Positions 20,566-34,800 of a stretch of DNA of 64,000 nucleotides are shown in pieces. The first letter of the stretch is position 1. Each line of letters begins with the position of its first letter. Both the position numbers and the translations under genes were made by a program. This stretch comes from an uncultured Chloroflexia bacterium. GTDB lineage: Bacteria; Chloroflexota; Limnocylindria; Limnocylindrales; CSP1-4. The notes under the pieces were generated by a model. That model made no database searches, was not told the origin of the DNA, and saw only the letters and a program-made list of their open reading frames with translations. The stretch is taken from NCBI GenBank assembly GCA_963707215.1, contig CAVPPB010000003.1, positions 352,001-416,000 of the forward strand. Reading direction: 5' to 3'.

Positions 20566-21972
20566 TCAGGCCTCCTGGTCCGACCCTGTGCCGAGCTCGT
20601 CTCGCTGGATCCTCACCGGACCCAGCGACGCCGCCTCGAGCGGCTCGCGGATCGCGTCCGCATCCCCGACGAGCACCACGGCCGCCGCCTCCGGATGGAG
20701 ATGCTCACGGGCGACCCGGAGGACGTCATCGGCCGTGACCGCCTCGATCGACGGACGGTAGCGGGAGAGCTCATCCTCGGGCAGGTCGTGGACGACGAGG
20801 CCGGCCAGCGCACCGGCGACCGGGCCCGGCGTCTCGAAGCGGAGCGGGAAGACCCCGATGAGGTAGTCACGGGCCGCCCGGAGCTCTGCCGCAGTGGGTG
20901 GGCGCTCGCGCATGCGCTCGAGTTCGGCGATCGTGTCGACGACAGCCGGGACCGTGGCGTCGGTGTTGACGGCCGCCCGGGCCGAGAAGGGACCGGGTCG
21001 TCGCCGCAGGTCGAAGGATGCGCCGGCGCCGTAGGTATAGCCCTTCTCTTCCCGGAGCTTCATGTTGAGCCGGGAATTGAACAAGCCGCCCAGGATGGCG
21101 CTCATCACGGTGACCGCGTGGAAATCCGGGTGGTTCCGCGGCAGGCCCACGTGGCCGACCCGGATCTCCGTCTGGACCGACCCGGGTCGGTGGACCAGGT
21201 GGACCCGGCGGTCGGTCGCGGCCGGCCCGACCTGCGGCGGGTCGGTCGCCGCGGCACTCGCCGAGGCGATCCAGCCTGCCAGCCGGTCCTCGGCCATCCG
21301 TACGACCTCGCCAGGATCAACGTCGCCGGCCACGATGAGGGTCATGGCTGCCGGATCGAACCCGGCGCTCCAGATCGCCGCCGTGTGGTCCCGATCGAGT
21401 GTCTCGACGGTCTCCGGCAGTCCCGCTGCCGGTCGAGCGTACGGGGAACCGTGATCGAAGACGGCGGCGGCGAAGGCCTCGTCGGCTCGACGTCGGGGGT
21501 TGGCACGGGACTGGAGGATGTCGTTCAGCCGCTCGGCGCGGAGGCGCTCGACCTCGGCAGCCGGGAAGGACGGCTCGGCGGCGACCTCGGCGAGCAGCTC
21601 CAACGCCGGAGCGAGCCGCGACGCCACCACCTCGACGCCGATGCTGCCGGCGTCCCAGCCGACTTCGGCGTGAAGCGACGCGCCCAGCCGTTCGGCGGCC
21701 TCGACGAGCCCGATGGCGTCGCGCCGGGCCGTTCCCTCGGTGAGCGCCCGTCCCGTCAGGACGCTGACGCCTCCCAGCTCGGCTGGCTCGTCGAGGGCCC
21801 CACGGCGAACGAGCAGCGACGCCGAGACGATGGGCCGACCGGTCATCGGGGCGACGAAGACGGCAAGGTCGTTCGACAGGCTGGTCCGCTCGGCGGCCGG
21901 GAACTCGTAGGTCCGGGGGACCCCGGGCACGGGACGCTCGGAGACGACGACGGGGCGGATCGGCTCGCTCAC
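20566..21972 (-). CDS. M16 family peptidase, non-catalytic subunit
   Basis: ILGGLFNSRLNMKLREEKGYTYG; lacks HXXEH. Confidence 0.88.
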   Translation of the reverse strand: MSEPIRPVVVSERPVPGVPRTYEFPAAERTSLSNDLAVFVAPMTGRPIVSASLLVRRGALDEPAELGGVSVLTGRALTEGTARRDAIGLVEAAERLGASLHAEVGWDAGSIGVEVVASRLAPALELLAEVAAEPSFPAAEVERLRAERLNDILQSRANPRRRADEAFAAAVFDHGSPYARPAAGLPETVETLDRDHTAAIWSAGFDPAAMTLIVAGDVDPGEVVRMAEDRLAGWIASASAAATDPPQVGPAATDRRVHLVHRPGSVQTEIRVGHVGLPRNHPDFHAVTVMSAILGGLFNSRLNMKLREEKGYTYGAGASFDLRRRPGPFSARAAVNTDATVPAVVDTIAELERMRERPPTAAELRAARDYLIGVFPLRFETPGPVAGALAGLVVHDLPEDELSRYRPSIEAVTADDVLRVAREHLHPEAAAVVLVGDADAIREPLEAASLGPVRIQRDELGTGSDQEA

Positions 21973-23264
21973 GACTTGGGCTCCTCGTCGGACTCGAGCG
22001 GGAGGTAGGTCAGGACGACGCGGTTGTCGGCCCGGAAGGTGGCGGCGGCCACCTCCACCATGGCCTCGGGTGTCACGGCCAGGTACCGATCGAGCATGCG
22101 GTTGATGAGGTCCGGGTCATCGAACAGGGTGGCGAACATCGACAGCCGGTCCGCTCGCTCGTCGACGCGCTGGAGAGCCCCGAGCTCGTCGGTCTCGGCC
22201 AGGGCCTTGGCCCGGGCCAGCTCGTCATCGGACACCGGCTCACGGCCCATCCGCTCGAGCTCCTCGAGCAGGGCGGCTTCGACCCGGGCCACGTCGACAT
22301 CCGGACGGGCCGTCGCCCAGCCCGCCGCGATCGAGGCGCCGCCGATGAACCCGAGCACGAAGAAGGCGACATCCTGGGCGATCCGCTCCTCCCGGACGAG
22401 CCGGCGGTGGAGCCGACTGCCCTTCCCGCCCGCGAGGATGTGCGAGGCCACCTCGAGCGCGTCGAGGCGGGTGTCGCCGAACACGGGGGCCCTGAAGGCC
22501 ACGTAGACGCGGGGCAGCGGGACGCGGTCGTGGACGACCTCGCGACGTTCCTGGCCGATCACCGGCGGGAGGCCCAGGTCGCCGAGGGCCGGGATCGACG
22601 GGTTCGCGGGGATGCCCCCGAAATACCGCTCTGCCCAGGCGAGCACCTGGGCGGACTCGCAGTCGCCGACCACGGATAGGACGGCGTTGTTCGGGGCGTA
22701 CCAGGTCCTGAAGAATGACGAAACGTCCTCGACCGAGGCTGCGTCGAGGTCCGCCATGGACCCGATCGTCGGGTGATGGTACGGGTGCTCCTCCGGGAAG
22801 AGGTGCCCCTGGAGCTTCTCGTTCCAGGTCCCGTAGGGCTGGTTGTCGTACGACCAGCGGCGCTCATTCTTCACGACGGCCCGCTGGTTGTCGAGGTTCT
22901 CCAGGGACAGCGCGTCGAGGAGCGTGCCCATCCGGTCGGCCTCCAGCCAGAGGGCCAGCTCGAGCTGGTGTGACGGGACCGATTCGAAGTAGTTGGTGCG
23001 ATCGAGCCAGGTGGTGCCGTTCATGGTCCCGCCGGCAGCCTGGACCAGGGCGATGTGCTCGGCCTTGGCCACGTTGCGCGAGCCCTGGAACATGACGTGC
23101 TCGAAGAGGTGGGCGAAGCCGGTCTTGCCGGCCACCTCGTGCTTGGAGCCGACGTCGTACCACACGTTGACGGCGACGACGGGCGCGAGATGGTCCTCGG
23201 AGACGATGACCCGGAGGCCATTGGACAGACGCGTGTCGGTGAACGCGACGCGCGGGGCGGACAT
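21969..23264 (-). CDS. M16 family zinc peptidase, catalytic subunit
   Basis: GFAHLFEHVMFQGS (HXXEH), NGTTWLDRTNY, VKNERR. Confidence 0.92.
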   Translation of the reverse strand: MSAPRVAFTDTRLSNGLRVIVSEDHLAPVVAVNVWYDVGSKHEVAGKTGFAHLFEHVMFQGSRNVAKAEHIALVQAAGGTMNGTTWLDRTNYFESVPSHQLELALWLEADRMGTLLDALSLENLDNQRAVVKNERRWSYDNQPYGTWNEKLQGHLFPEEHPYHHPTIGSMADLDAASVEDVSSFFRTWYAPNNAVLSVVGDCESAQVLAWAERYFGGIPANPSIPALGDLGLPPVIGQERREVVHDRVPLPRVYVAFRAPVFGDTRLDALEVASHILAGGKGSRLHRRLVREERIAQDVAFFVLGFIGGASIAAGWATARPDVDVARVEAALLEELERMGREPVSDDELARAKALAETDELGALQRVDERADRLSMFATLFDDPDLINRMLDRYLAVTPEAMVEVAAATFRADNRVVLTYLPLESDEEPKS

Positions 23265-23362
23265 GCGCGACTCCTGATGAGCTGGCGGATCCGCCGCGAC
23301 CGAGGGTGCGACGGTCGCCCGATCGTAGCGCAGATCGGATGACCCGGCGGGCGCGACGACTC

Positions 23363-23402
23363 TTGACATCCATCATACGCGTGTTAGTGTTTCATCTAAC
23401 AC
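23363..23402 (+). promoter_or_regulatory. Sigma70 promoter (TTGACA-N16-TAGTGT) overlapped by palindromic operator GTGTTAG-N8-CTAACAC
   Basis: AT-rich palindrome 23381-23402 just upstream of the ArsR gene; a second copy lies at 24574. Confidence 0.75.
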
Positions 23403-23424
23403 AGCGGAAGGAGCGCACGGACCG

Positions 23425-24537
23425 ATGGCAGCCCGACCGGCAGGGAACCGCCCCCAGGCCGCCGCGACCCCCGCGCCGCAGGTGCGCGAGTTCTCGCCCT
23501 TCCGTGGCTCCCGGGTCCCGGTCGAGTTCGACGTCCGAACCGCCTACGACTTCGTGTTCAGCCTGTCCTCCGAGGCCGGCAAGACCGACGACCTGCCGGC
23601 CGAGGACCGGCGCTGGCGCGACAGCCAGCTGGCCGAGATGCGCGAGCTCTTCGGCGAGTCCCTGGATCGCTTCGGGTCCAACATCGCCTTCGCCTTCGCC
23701 GGGCTCGTGGTGGAGCGGCCCGAGGTCCGGACCGCTGCCGACTTCGCGACGATGTTCTCCGCCATCGACGGCGAGACCGTGGTCCGGACGATCTTCGCCG
23801 ACGAGCTGAAGCACGCTGAGAACCGGGAGCGCATCGAGCGCGCCCTGGCCGGCGAGGACGTCGCCATCGCCGAGGTGTGCGCGGAGGCCGATGCCATGGA
23901 GCCCGGCGGCGGGTTGGGCCGGATGTTCGGGACCCTGCTCCGCCATCCCGAGGTCGCGCTCGGGCCGGCCCGGGGCATCCTCGCCGAGTGGGCGGAGCGC
24001 TTCACCACGATCGAGGGCCGCGTCGACGCCATGCTCCGGCGTGACGTGGAGCTCCGTGCCGAGGACATCCGGACCCTCGAGCCTGACGACCTGATCGAGA
24101 AGACGACCGGCGGCGTCCGCTATCGGCTGGAGCCCGGCATCCGGCGGATGATCCTGGCCCCCTCGTACTTCAGCCGGCCGTACAACTTCCTGTTGAGCGG
24201 CACCGACTGGCGGCTCTGGGCCTACCCGATCGCCGACGGGGCACTCGACGCGACCGACCCGATGGCCCCGCCCCAGGCGGTCGTCCGCCTCCACCGGGCG
24301 CTCGGCGACGAGACACGCCTCCGCATCCTGCGCCTGCTCCGCGACCGGGACCTCTACCTGACCGAGCTGGCCCAGCTGCTCGAGCTGTCGAAGCCGACGG
24401 TGAAGCACCACCTGACCCAGCTCCGGGCGGCCGGCCTCGTGACGGTCACCGAGGAGGCCGGGCTGACCTACTACAGCCTCCGCCGCGATCGCCTCGACGA
24501 CGCCAGCAGCGAGCTGCGGCGCTTCCTGATCGACTGA
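23425..24537 (+). CDS. ArsR/SmtB-family regulator with long N-terminal domain (DUF5937-like) and C-terminal HTH
   Basis: LAPSYF; RALGDETRLRILRLL; TELAQLLELSKPTVKHHLTQLRAAGLV. Confidence 0.85.
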   Translation: MAARPAGNRPQAAATPAPQVREFSPFRGSRVPVEFDVRTAYDFVFSLSSEAGKTDDLPAEDRRWRDSQLAEMRELFGESLDRFGSNIAFAFAGLVVERPEVRTAADFATMFSAIDGETVVRTIFADELKHAENRERIERALAGEDVAIAEVCAEADAMEPGGGLGRMFGTLLRHPEVALGPARGILAEWAERFTTIEGRVDAMLRRDVELRAEDIRTLEPDDLIEKTTGGVRYRLEPGIRRMILAPSYFSRPYNFLLSGTDWRLWAYPIADGALDATDPMAPPQAVVRLHRALGDETRLRILRLLRDRDLYLTELAQLLELSKPTVKHHLTQLRAAGLVTVTEEAGLTYYSLRRDRLDDASSELRRFLID

Positions 24538-24573
24538 CCGGGCATCGGCCCAGCGGCCTTGACGGCCGGGCCG

Positions 24574-24595
24574 GTGTTAGATGAAAGACTAACAA
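24574..24595. promoter_or_regulatory. Second operator copy GTGTTAGATGAAAGACTAACAA
   Basis: 20/22 identical to the reverse complement of 23381-23402; TTGACG at 24559. Confidence 0.75.
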
Positions 24596-24707
24596 CCGAG
24601 AGCACGAGACTAACAGACGGGAGATGACCAGGATGTTCGGTGGGACGACGCGAAGTGACGGACGGGCAACGACCCACGGGTCGGCGGGCGACGGGAGGAC
24701 CACGGTC

Positions 24708-24977
24708 ATGTTCGAGGAGATGCAGCACTCGATCGTCGATCAACACATGGAGGAGCTCGTGAACCAGGCCGCCGAGGCCCGCCTCGCGCGGGCGGTGTCC
24801 GGGGGGCGCGGCATCGGTCGCTCGCTCCGGGCCAGCCTGGGGAACCTGCTCATGGGTATCGGTTCGGCGGTGGCCGGTCGCTCAACGACGCCCGTCGAGC
24901 CGTCGACCGGCCGCTCAGCGATCATCCGGGAGCCCTGCCCGGAGCCGGCCCGCCGCGACGTCGCCCGGGCCGCCTGA
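24708..24977 (+). CDS. Small hypothetical protein downstream of the ArsR operator
   Basis: RBS GGGAGG, MFEEMQHSIVDQHMEELVNQAAEARLAR... Confidence 0.6.
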   Translation: MFEEMQHSIVDQHMEELVNQAAEARLARAVSGGRGIGRSLRASLGNLLMGIGSAVAGRSTTPVEPSTGRSAIIREPCPEPARRDVARAA

Positions 24978-25049
24978 GATCCTGACCCCAGAGAACCGTC
25001 CTCCCAGAGGTCGCCGCACTCCCGCGGCCTGCTGACTCCCACCGGCAGA

Positions 25050-25078
25050 GCGGCCGCCCGGATCACCCGGGCGGCCGC
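25050..25078. terminator. GC hairpin between convergent genes
   Basis: GCGGCCGCCCGG-ATCAC-CCGGGCGGCCGC. Confidence 0.55.
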
Positions 25079-25140
25079 GACCTATGTCGCGATCGTCCCG
25101 GTGCCGGAGCCGGACGCCCGAACGGTCGTCCGATCGGTCG

Positions 25141-25539
25141 TCAGATCGGCACGGCGACGAAGAGGCCGGTGATGACCAGGGCCAGGCCGATCGAGCCCGC
25201 CCCGATCGCCAGCGCACGCCGGCGGTCGGCGGCGATCGCCTCGGCCTCGACGCGCTCCTGGGAACCGAGTACGCCGAAGTTGCGGAGCCCCATGAGCCCG
25301 TAGGCCGCGCAGAAGCGGAAGTAGGCCTGGGCGAAGCCGACGATGCCGCCGGTGAGCGGCACGGCGACCAGCCACCGCGCGGCGCTGGGCGCGTCGATGA
25401 CCACCAGGAACGCGGCCAGGATCACGGCGGCCGTGACACCCATGATGCCGGCCTGGCGGCGGCGGCTGATCTCGGCCGGGCCGATGTTGCAGGCGCCGGC
25501 TCGATAGCTCGGGTCCATGTCGTAGTCGATGGTCGTCAC
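25141..25539 (-). CDS. Small membrane protein (ACNIG motif)
   Basis: YRAGACNIGPAEISRRR, FQA-like FAQAYFRFC, three hydrophobic segments. Confidence 0.7.
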   Translation of the reverse strand: MTTIDYDMDPSYRAGACNIGPAEISRRRQAGIMGVTAAVILAAFLVVIDAPSAARWLVAVPLTGGIVGFAQAYFRFCAAYGLMGLRNFGVLGSQERVEAEAIAADRRRALAIGAGSIGLALVITGLFVAVPI

Positions 25540-25565
25540 GGTCGCTCCAAGGTCGGTGGTCTCAC

Positions 25566-27062
25566 CTACCTTTCGGGCGGCCGCGCCTCCTGGATGGGCG
25601 ATCCGGCGGTCTGTCCCCCGGCGATGGCACCGACGTCCCGCAGGAGGTCGACCCGGGCCGCCGGGTAGCCGGCCATGTTGCAGGCCTCGATCCGGCCGCC
25701 GGGTCCCCGCACGAAGGCGAGGGGCTCACCGCCCGGTCGCCCGCCGAGGATCGTGAAGACCAGCGGATCGTCGGTCGGCTCCAGCTGGTGGGACCTCGCC
25801 TCGGCCTGGGAGCCCGCCCGCAGGACCAGATTCCCGTCGCGCCACTCGACGACCAGGTCGCCCTCCAGGGTCGGGTCCCGGTAGGCGCCGAGGAGCTCGC
25901 TCCAGTTCGCCGGAACGGAGGAGGGCGGCGCGGTCGGCTCCACGCGGTCGGCCGCCTCGCGGAGCCCCGGCAGGACCGCCTCCACGAGCTCCCGGGCAAG
26001 TTCCGAAGCCGGACCGACGCCGTTGAGCAGGGCGATCGCGCCGACGCGGCCGGAGGGCGAGAAGGAGATGTTGGAGATGAACCCCCAGATCCCTCCAGAG
26101 TGCCCGATGAGCACCGTCTCGCCGGACCGGGTGCCGTACCAGCAGAGGCCCTGGGCCTCGGTCCAGGCAGCGTCGGCAACGAACGTGGGCCGGTGCATCT
26201 CGGCGAGCGTCCGCCCGGCGAGTACCTGGTCGTCACCCCGCTGCAGGGCAGGGTCGGTGCGCAGCTGCTGGCTGACCCAGCGGCCCTGGTCGGCGACCGT
26301 CGACCACAGCCCACCGTCGGCCCGGGCGGCCAGCGAGTCGAAGCGACGGGCCTCCGGCGGGCGGTCGTCGAAGGCCCGGGCGTCGTACCCGACCGCGCAT
26401 CGATCGAGCTGGTCCGGTCCGGGCTCCCAGACGGTGTCGTCCATCCCGAGCGGATCGAGGATGGCCGTCCGGACGTGCTCGGTGAAGGGCCGCCCGGCGA
26501 CCCGCTCGACGAGGACGCCGAGGAGCTCGAAAGCGAGGTTGCTGTACTTGCTGTCGGTTTCGGGCGGCGTCACCACCCGGGTCCGATGGAGCAGCCCCAG
26601 CAGCTCGGCCGGCCGGTACATCCAGATACGTTCCAGATCCTGCCAGGGCATCTCACCCTGCAGCCCGGAGGTGTGCATGAGGAGGCGCCGGACCGTGACC
26701 TCCTCGATCGGGCCATGTGGATCCTCGATGCCGCCGAGCTCGGGCAGGTAGCGGACCGCCGGGTCATCGAGCCGCAGCCGACCCTCGTCGCGGAGCTGCA
26801 GGACTGCCGTCGCGGTGAACGTCTTGCTGATCGAGGCGATGCGGAACAGGGTCCGCTCGTCCGGTCGCCGCCCCGAGGCCAGGTCCGCGAAGCCCGATCC
26901 GTGCCACCAGCGCAGCCCCTCGGCCGTGGCGAGGCCCGCGACGACCCCCGGCAGGCGGTGCCGGGCTCGGAAGGCCCCGACCTTCGCCCGCAGGCCGGCG
27001 CCCATCCCCTCGAGGACCTCGTCGAGCAGTGGGCCGACCGGGACGTCGTTCGTCGCGATCAC
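25566..27062 (-). CDS. Serine hydrolase, beta-lactamase class C-like
   Basis: FRIASISK (SxxK), LLMHTSGL, YSN, GHSGG. Confidence 0.88.
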   Translation of the reverse strand: MIATNDVPVGPLLDEVLEGMGAGLRAKVGAFRARHRLPGVVAGLATAEGLRWWHGSGFADLASGRRPDERTLFRIASISKTFTATAVLQLRDEGRLRLDDPAVRYLPELGGIEDPHGPIEEVTVRRLLMHTSGLQGEMPWQDLERIWMYRPAELLGLLHRTRVVTPPETDSKYSNLAFELLGVLVERVAGRPFTEHVRTAILDPLGMDDTVWEPGPDQLDRCAVGYDARAFDDRPPEARRFDSLAARADGGLWSTVADQGRWVSQQLRTDPALQRGDDQVLAGRTLAEMHRPTFVADAAWTEAQGLCWYGTRSGETVLIGHSGGIWGFISNISFSPSGRVGAIALLNGVGPASELARELVEAVLPGLREAADRVEPTAPPSSVPANWSELLGAYRDPTLEGDLVVEWRDGNLVLRAGSQAEARSHQLEPTDDPLVFTILGGRPGGEPLAFVRGPGGRIEACNMAGYPAARVDLLRDVGAIAGGQTAGSPIQEARPPER

Positions 27063-27090
27063 GTCGGCGACTCCCCTTCCATCGTCGCGC

Positions 27091-30563
<3,473 letters not shown>

Positions 30564-30567
<4 letters not shown>

Positions 30568-31803
30568 CGCGCGCGGCGGCGACCTGCGGGCGCGCGCGGC
30601 CTCCACGAACCGATCGAAGACGGCCACCGCGTCGAGCGGACCCGGCGCTCCCTCGGGGTGGTACTGGACCGTCTCGATCGGGCGCTCGCGGTGGCGCAGG
30701 CCTTCGACCGAACCGTCGTTGAGGTTGACCTGGCTGACCCTGAAGCCCGATGCGGACGGCAGCGTCTCGCCGACCACCTGGACCTCGTGGTTCTGGGCGG
30801 TCACCTGGACGTAGCCGGTGTCGACGTCGCGGACCGGGTGGTTGGCGCCATGGTGGCCGAAGCGGAGGCGGTCGGTCTCGGCGCCCGCCGCACGACCCAC
30901 GAGCTGGTGCCCGAGGCAGATCCCGAGCAGCGGTCGTCCGTCGTCGATGACGGCCCGGGCCAGCGCCACCTGCTCGGCGAGACGGGCGGGATCGCCTGGG
31001 CCGGGTGAGAGGACGACGCCGCCGATCTCGGGTGCAAGCAGGTCCGCGAGCTGGCGAGGCCGTGTGGGGGAGGATCCGGACGCGCGCACCGCGACGGCGC
31101 AGGCTCCGGACGATGTTGGCCTTGAGCCCGAGATCGACGATGGCGACGAGCGGGCCGCCGGCCGCCGGGTCGCCGAGCTCGCCGACCGCCGATGGCGAGA
31201 CCTGGGCGACGAAGTCCTGGTCCTCCCAGCGCGGGACGGCGCGCGCCGCCTCGATCGCCGCCGCGGAGTCGATCGCGCCGGGCGCCGTGAGGATCGCCCG
31301 CAGACAGCCGGCTCGATCGAAGGTGACGAGCCAGCGCGCGGGTGTCGATGCCGGCGATCGCCGGGATGTCGTGCGAGCGGAGCAACGGGCGAGCTGGCGG
31401 GCGTCCTCGAGCATCGCCGCGGTCGCGGTCGCGACGACGAGCCCGCGCAGCCACGGACGAAGCGACTGGTCGTCGTCGGGCAGCCGCCCGTAGTTGCCGA
31501 TCAAGCGGGTAGGTCATGACGACCACCTGGCCGGCATACGACGGGTCGGTGCAGACCTCCTGGTAGCCGGTCTGGCTGGTGTTCACGACGAGGTCGCCGC
31601 CGGCCGCGATCGGCGCTCCGAAGGCGATGCCAGGGAAGACGGTGCCGTCCTCGAGCGGCGAGGAGTGCCGGCCCGTGGTCGCCGATGCGCGGGATCGACG
31701 AGCGCCGAGGCGCGGGGCAGCGGTGGCCGGATCGGACGCGGCCAGGGCAGGCCGACAGGGCGCCTCGGGCCCTCGCGGCAGGCGGTGGACGCCACGGCAA
31801 CAC
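30564..31803 (-). pseudogene. carA: Carbamoyl-phosphate synthase small subunit, frameshifted (start approximate)
   Basis: [74 protein letters not shown] spread over several frames. Confidence 0.88.
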
Positions 31804-31813
31804 GGTCGACGTG

Positions 31814-31870
31814 CCTCCTTCCCGGCCTCACGGGACCGGTTCGCCGGCCTCACGGGACCGGCCGTCAAGG
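31814..31870 (-). promoter_or_regulatory. PyrR-binding RNA leader with two tandem binding loops
   Basis: Minus strand CCTTGACGG-CCGGTCCCGTGAGGCCGG-CGAA-CCGGTCCCGTGAGGCCGG-GAAGGAGG, directly upstream of carA; matches the GUCC(A/C)GUGAGGC PyrR loop with CCUU..AAGG base. Confidence 0.75.
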
Positions 31871-31877
31871 ACCGGCG

Positions 31878-34800
31878 TCAGGGTAGCACGGGGGCGCCCC
31901 CGACCCGCCCCGCGGCGGCCCGCGCTTCGAGCGGATCCTCGCGCACATCGTCCTGGACGAGCCCGAGGCGGAGGGCCACCACGGCGGCCTCGGTCCGGTT
32001 CTCGACCCCCAGCTTGCCGAGGATGTTCGAGACGTGGACGCTCGCGGTCTTGCGGCTGATGTCGAGCGCCTCCGCGATGTCCCGATTCGACCAGCCAGCG
32101 CCCACGTAGCGGAGCACCTCGCGCTCGCGGGGTGTCAGGCCGATGGCCGCGTGGGTCGGCTGATCCGCTATCTCCGTGTGGGCCGTGGCCGCCCCGGGTG
32201 ACGCATCCGCGAGGTCGATCCTGGCGACCTGGGCCGACCGATGGACGGCGTCGCCCAGCAGGCGGGCTCCGAGCCCATCCGCCGATCGGGCGGCCGCGAC
32301 CAACGACGTCCGCGCGCCGGTCCGATCGCCGGCTCGGAGCCCGGCTTCCCCGGCCCGGTACAGGGCATAGGCCTCCGGCAGCGGCCGACCCACGGCCCGC
32401 CAGGCCCCGGCGGTCGCCTGCCACGCGTCGGGATCGGACGCGCCCTCGAGCCGGGACATCTCCGCACGCAGTTGGCCGACGATCGCTGCGGCCCGTGGGT
32501 CGATGGCGCGGGCCACGGCCTCCTGCTCGGCGAGGTCGCCATCGGGCAGCCAATCGCGCATCCAGTCGAGGATGGTCCTGCTCCGCTCACCGGCCAGGCC
32601 CAGCCCGGCGACGTCCCCGATCGCCCTGGCCGTCTCGGCCACGTCCGCCTCGACCCTCAGGCCGAGGGCGCCGATCCAGGCGAGCGCGGGGTCCGGGACC
32701 ATCCCGACCGTGGGGATCGCGAGCGCCCTGTCGGCGATCGCTCTCGCTTCGTCCGTCGTCCCGGCCCAGACGGCCAGCTCCATCCCCGCCTCCAGGAGTC
32801 GGGTCCTCGGGTCAGGCCCACCCATCGCGCCACCCCGCGCCGATGCGATGGCGCCCTCGGCAGAGGACAGTTCCGTGCCCGCCTCCTCGATCCGACCTGC
32901 CGCGGCCAGCGACCGCGACAGCTGGGCCCGCAGCAGCGCCTCGGCGCGCGGCATCGTGCCGGCCGCCAGGGTCTCGCGGATCGTCCGCTCGGACTCGTCC
33001 CAGCGGCCGAGGTGGAACAGCATCCTCGCCTCGTGCGCTCGCAGGTGGCCGCCGAAGACGCGGCGCAGACCCAGCCGGTCCACCTCCGCATAACCCTCCC
33101 GGGCGACCCGCAGTGCGTCGGCCGAGCGCCCGGCGCGGTCGAGGACCGACACGAGATTCGTGTAGCCGAGCGCGAGCCCCTCGACGGAGCCGACGAGCTC
33201 GGCGATCCTGATGGCTTGCCGGAACCGCTCCAGGCCGTCGTCGACCCGGCCGAATGAGGCGATGGCCCAGCCCTCGATGCCCAGCCCGAGCGCCTCTTCC
33301 GGCAGCGCGTTGGCGGCCCGCGCGATCCGGATAGCGGCACGAGCGCCGACGAGTGCCTCGCGGGCACGCCCGGCCATCATGTCGAGGCCTGCCGCGTGGG
33401 CGAGCGCGCGAGCGCGCTCACGCGAGGGTGGCTCCCGAGGGATCAGGCGAAGCGCCTCCCGGACCGCCGCCTCGGCAGCGGCCGGGTCGCCGGCCTCCCA
33501 CAGGAACCAGCGGAGCCGCTCCTGGAGGCTGCCGGACCGGGCGGGCTCGCCGGCCGGATCGACCAGTGCGACGGCCTCTCGGATCAGAGCGAGCGACGTC
33601 CCATAGTCGCCCTCCATCGCGGCCATCTCGGCGGTCCGGTCCAGCAGCTCTGGCCGATCGAGGCCGGTCAGCGTCTCTGCGTCGGGGACGCCCGACCAGA
33701 GATCCAGGATCCGCTCAAAGTGACGGCGGGCCGTCCCGAAGGCATAGACGCGGACGGCCATGAGGGCAGCCTGGGCATGGGCTGCCAAGGCCGCCTCCGG
33801 ATCGCCGGCAGCGTCCCAGTGGTGGGCCAGGATCGACGGCCCGACGGAGGCGGGCGCGGTCGTCGCGCGATGCGCCAGGGCGGTCGCCAGAGCGGCATGG
33901 AGGCGAGTCCGCTCGCCCGGCAGGAGCTCGTCATACAGGGCGTCCTGCAGGAGCGCGTGACGGAAGGCGTAGCCGTCGAAGGCGACCGATCGATCGACCA
34001 CGCGGACCAGGACCCCGTTGGCTTCGGCGTTGCGCAGGGCGCTGGCCACCGCAGGATGTGAAGCGCCGAGGGCTTCCGCGAGCAGGTCATCGTCGATCCG
34101 CAGGCCGATGGCCGACGCGGCCCTGACGATCGCCTCGGTTCCCTCGTCCAGGCTGGCGAGGCGGGTCAGGAGGATCTCGCGAAGGCGACCGGGAACCGAC
34201 GCCCACTCACCACGGGCGGCGGCCTCGGCCAGCTCCTCGGCCAGGAATGGGTTCCCACCGGAGCGCTCGGCGATCCGACCCGCCACGTCCCGGTCGGCGT
34301 CGCCGAGGATCGCGGTGACGAGGGCCCCGACCTCGTCGCGCGTCAGCGGGCCGAGGTCGACGCGCTCGGACCCGGGCAGCCGCTCGAGCTCGACGAGCCA
34401 CGACCTCAGCCCCTCCGAGACGGTCGGTTCGTCGGTCCGGACGGTGAGCGCGAGCAGGACCGGCTGGGCACCGAGGCTCCGGGCGGTGAACGCCAGCAGG
34501 TCGCGGCTGGCTCGGTCGGCCCAATGGACGTCCTCGATCGCGACGATGAGCGGAGCTGATCGGGCGAGGCGCTCGAAGGTCCCGGTGACGAGCTCGTACA
34601 GCCGGACGGCGGCCGTCGGGTCACTGGGGTCGGTGATCGGCGGGACGTCCGCGGACCGGTCCACGAGCTCCGGCACGAGGCGGGCGAGGTCGCGTCGACC
34701 CGGCCCGAGGATCGCCGGCAGCGCTCCCGGCTCGGCGACGCGAGCCATGTCGCGGAGGACCGCGACCACCGGGACGTACGGCGCGGCCCGGCCGCCCAGC

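Noticed and set aside
24557-24569. CCTTGACGGCCGG shared with the PyrR leader (31858-31870, reverse)
   Set aside because: No PyrR loop follows; better explained as a -35 element plus chance.
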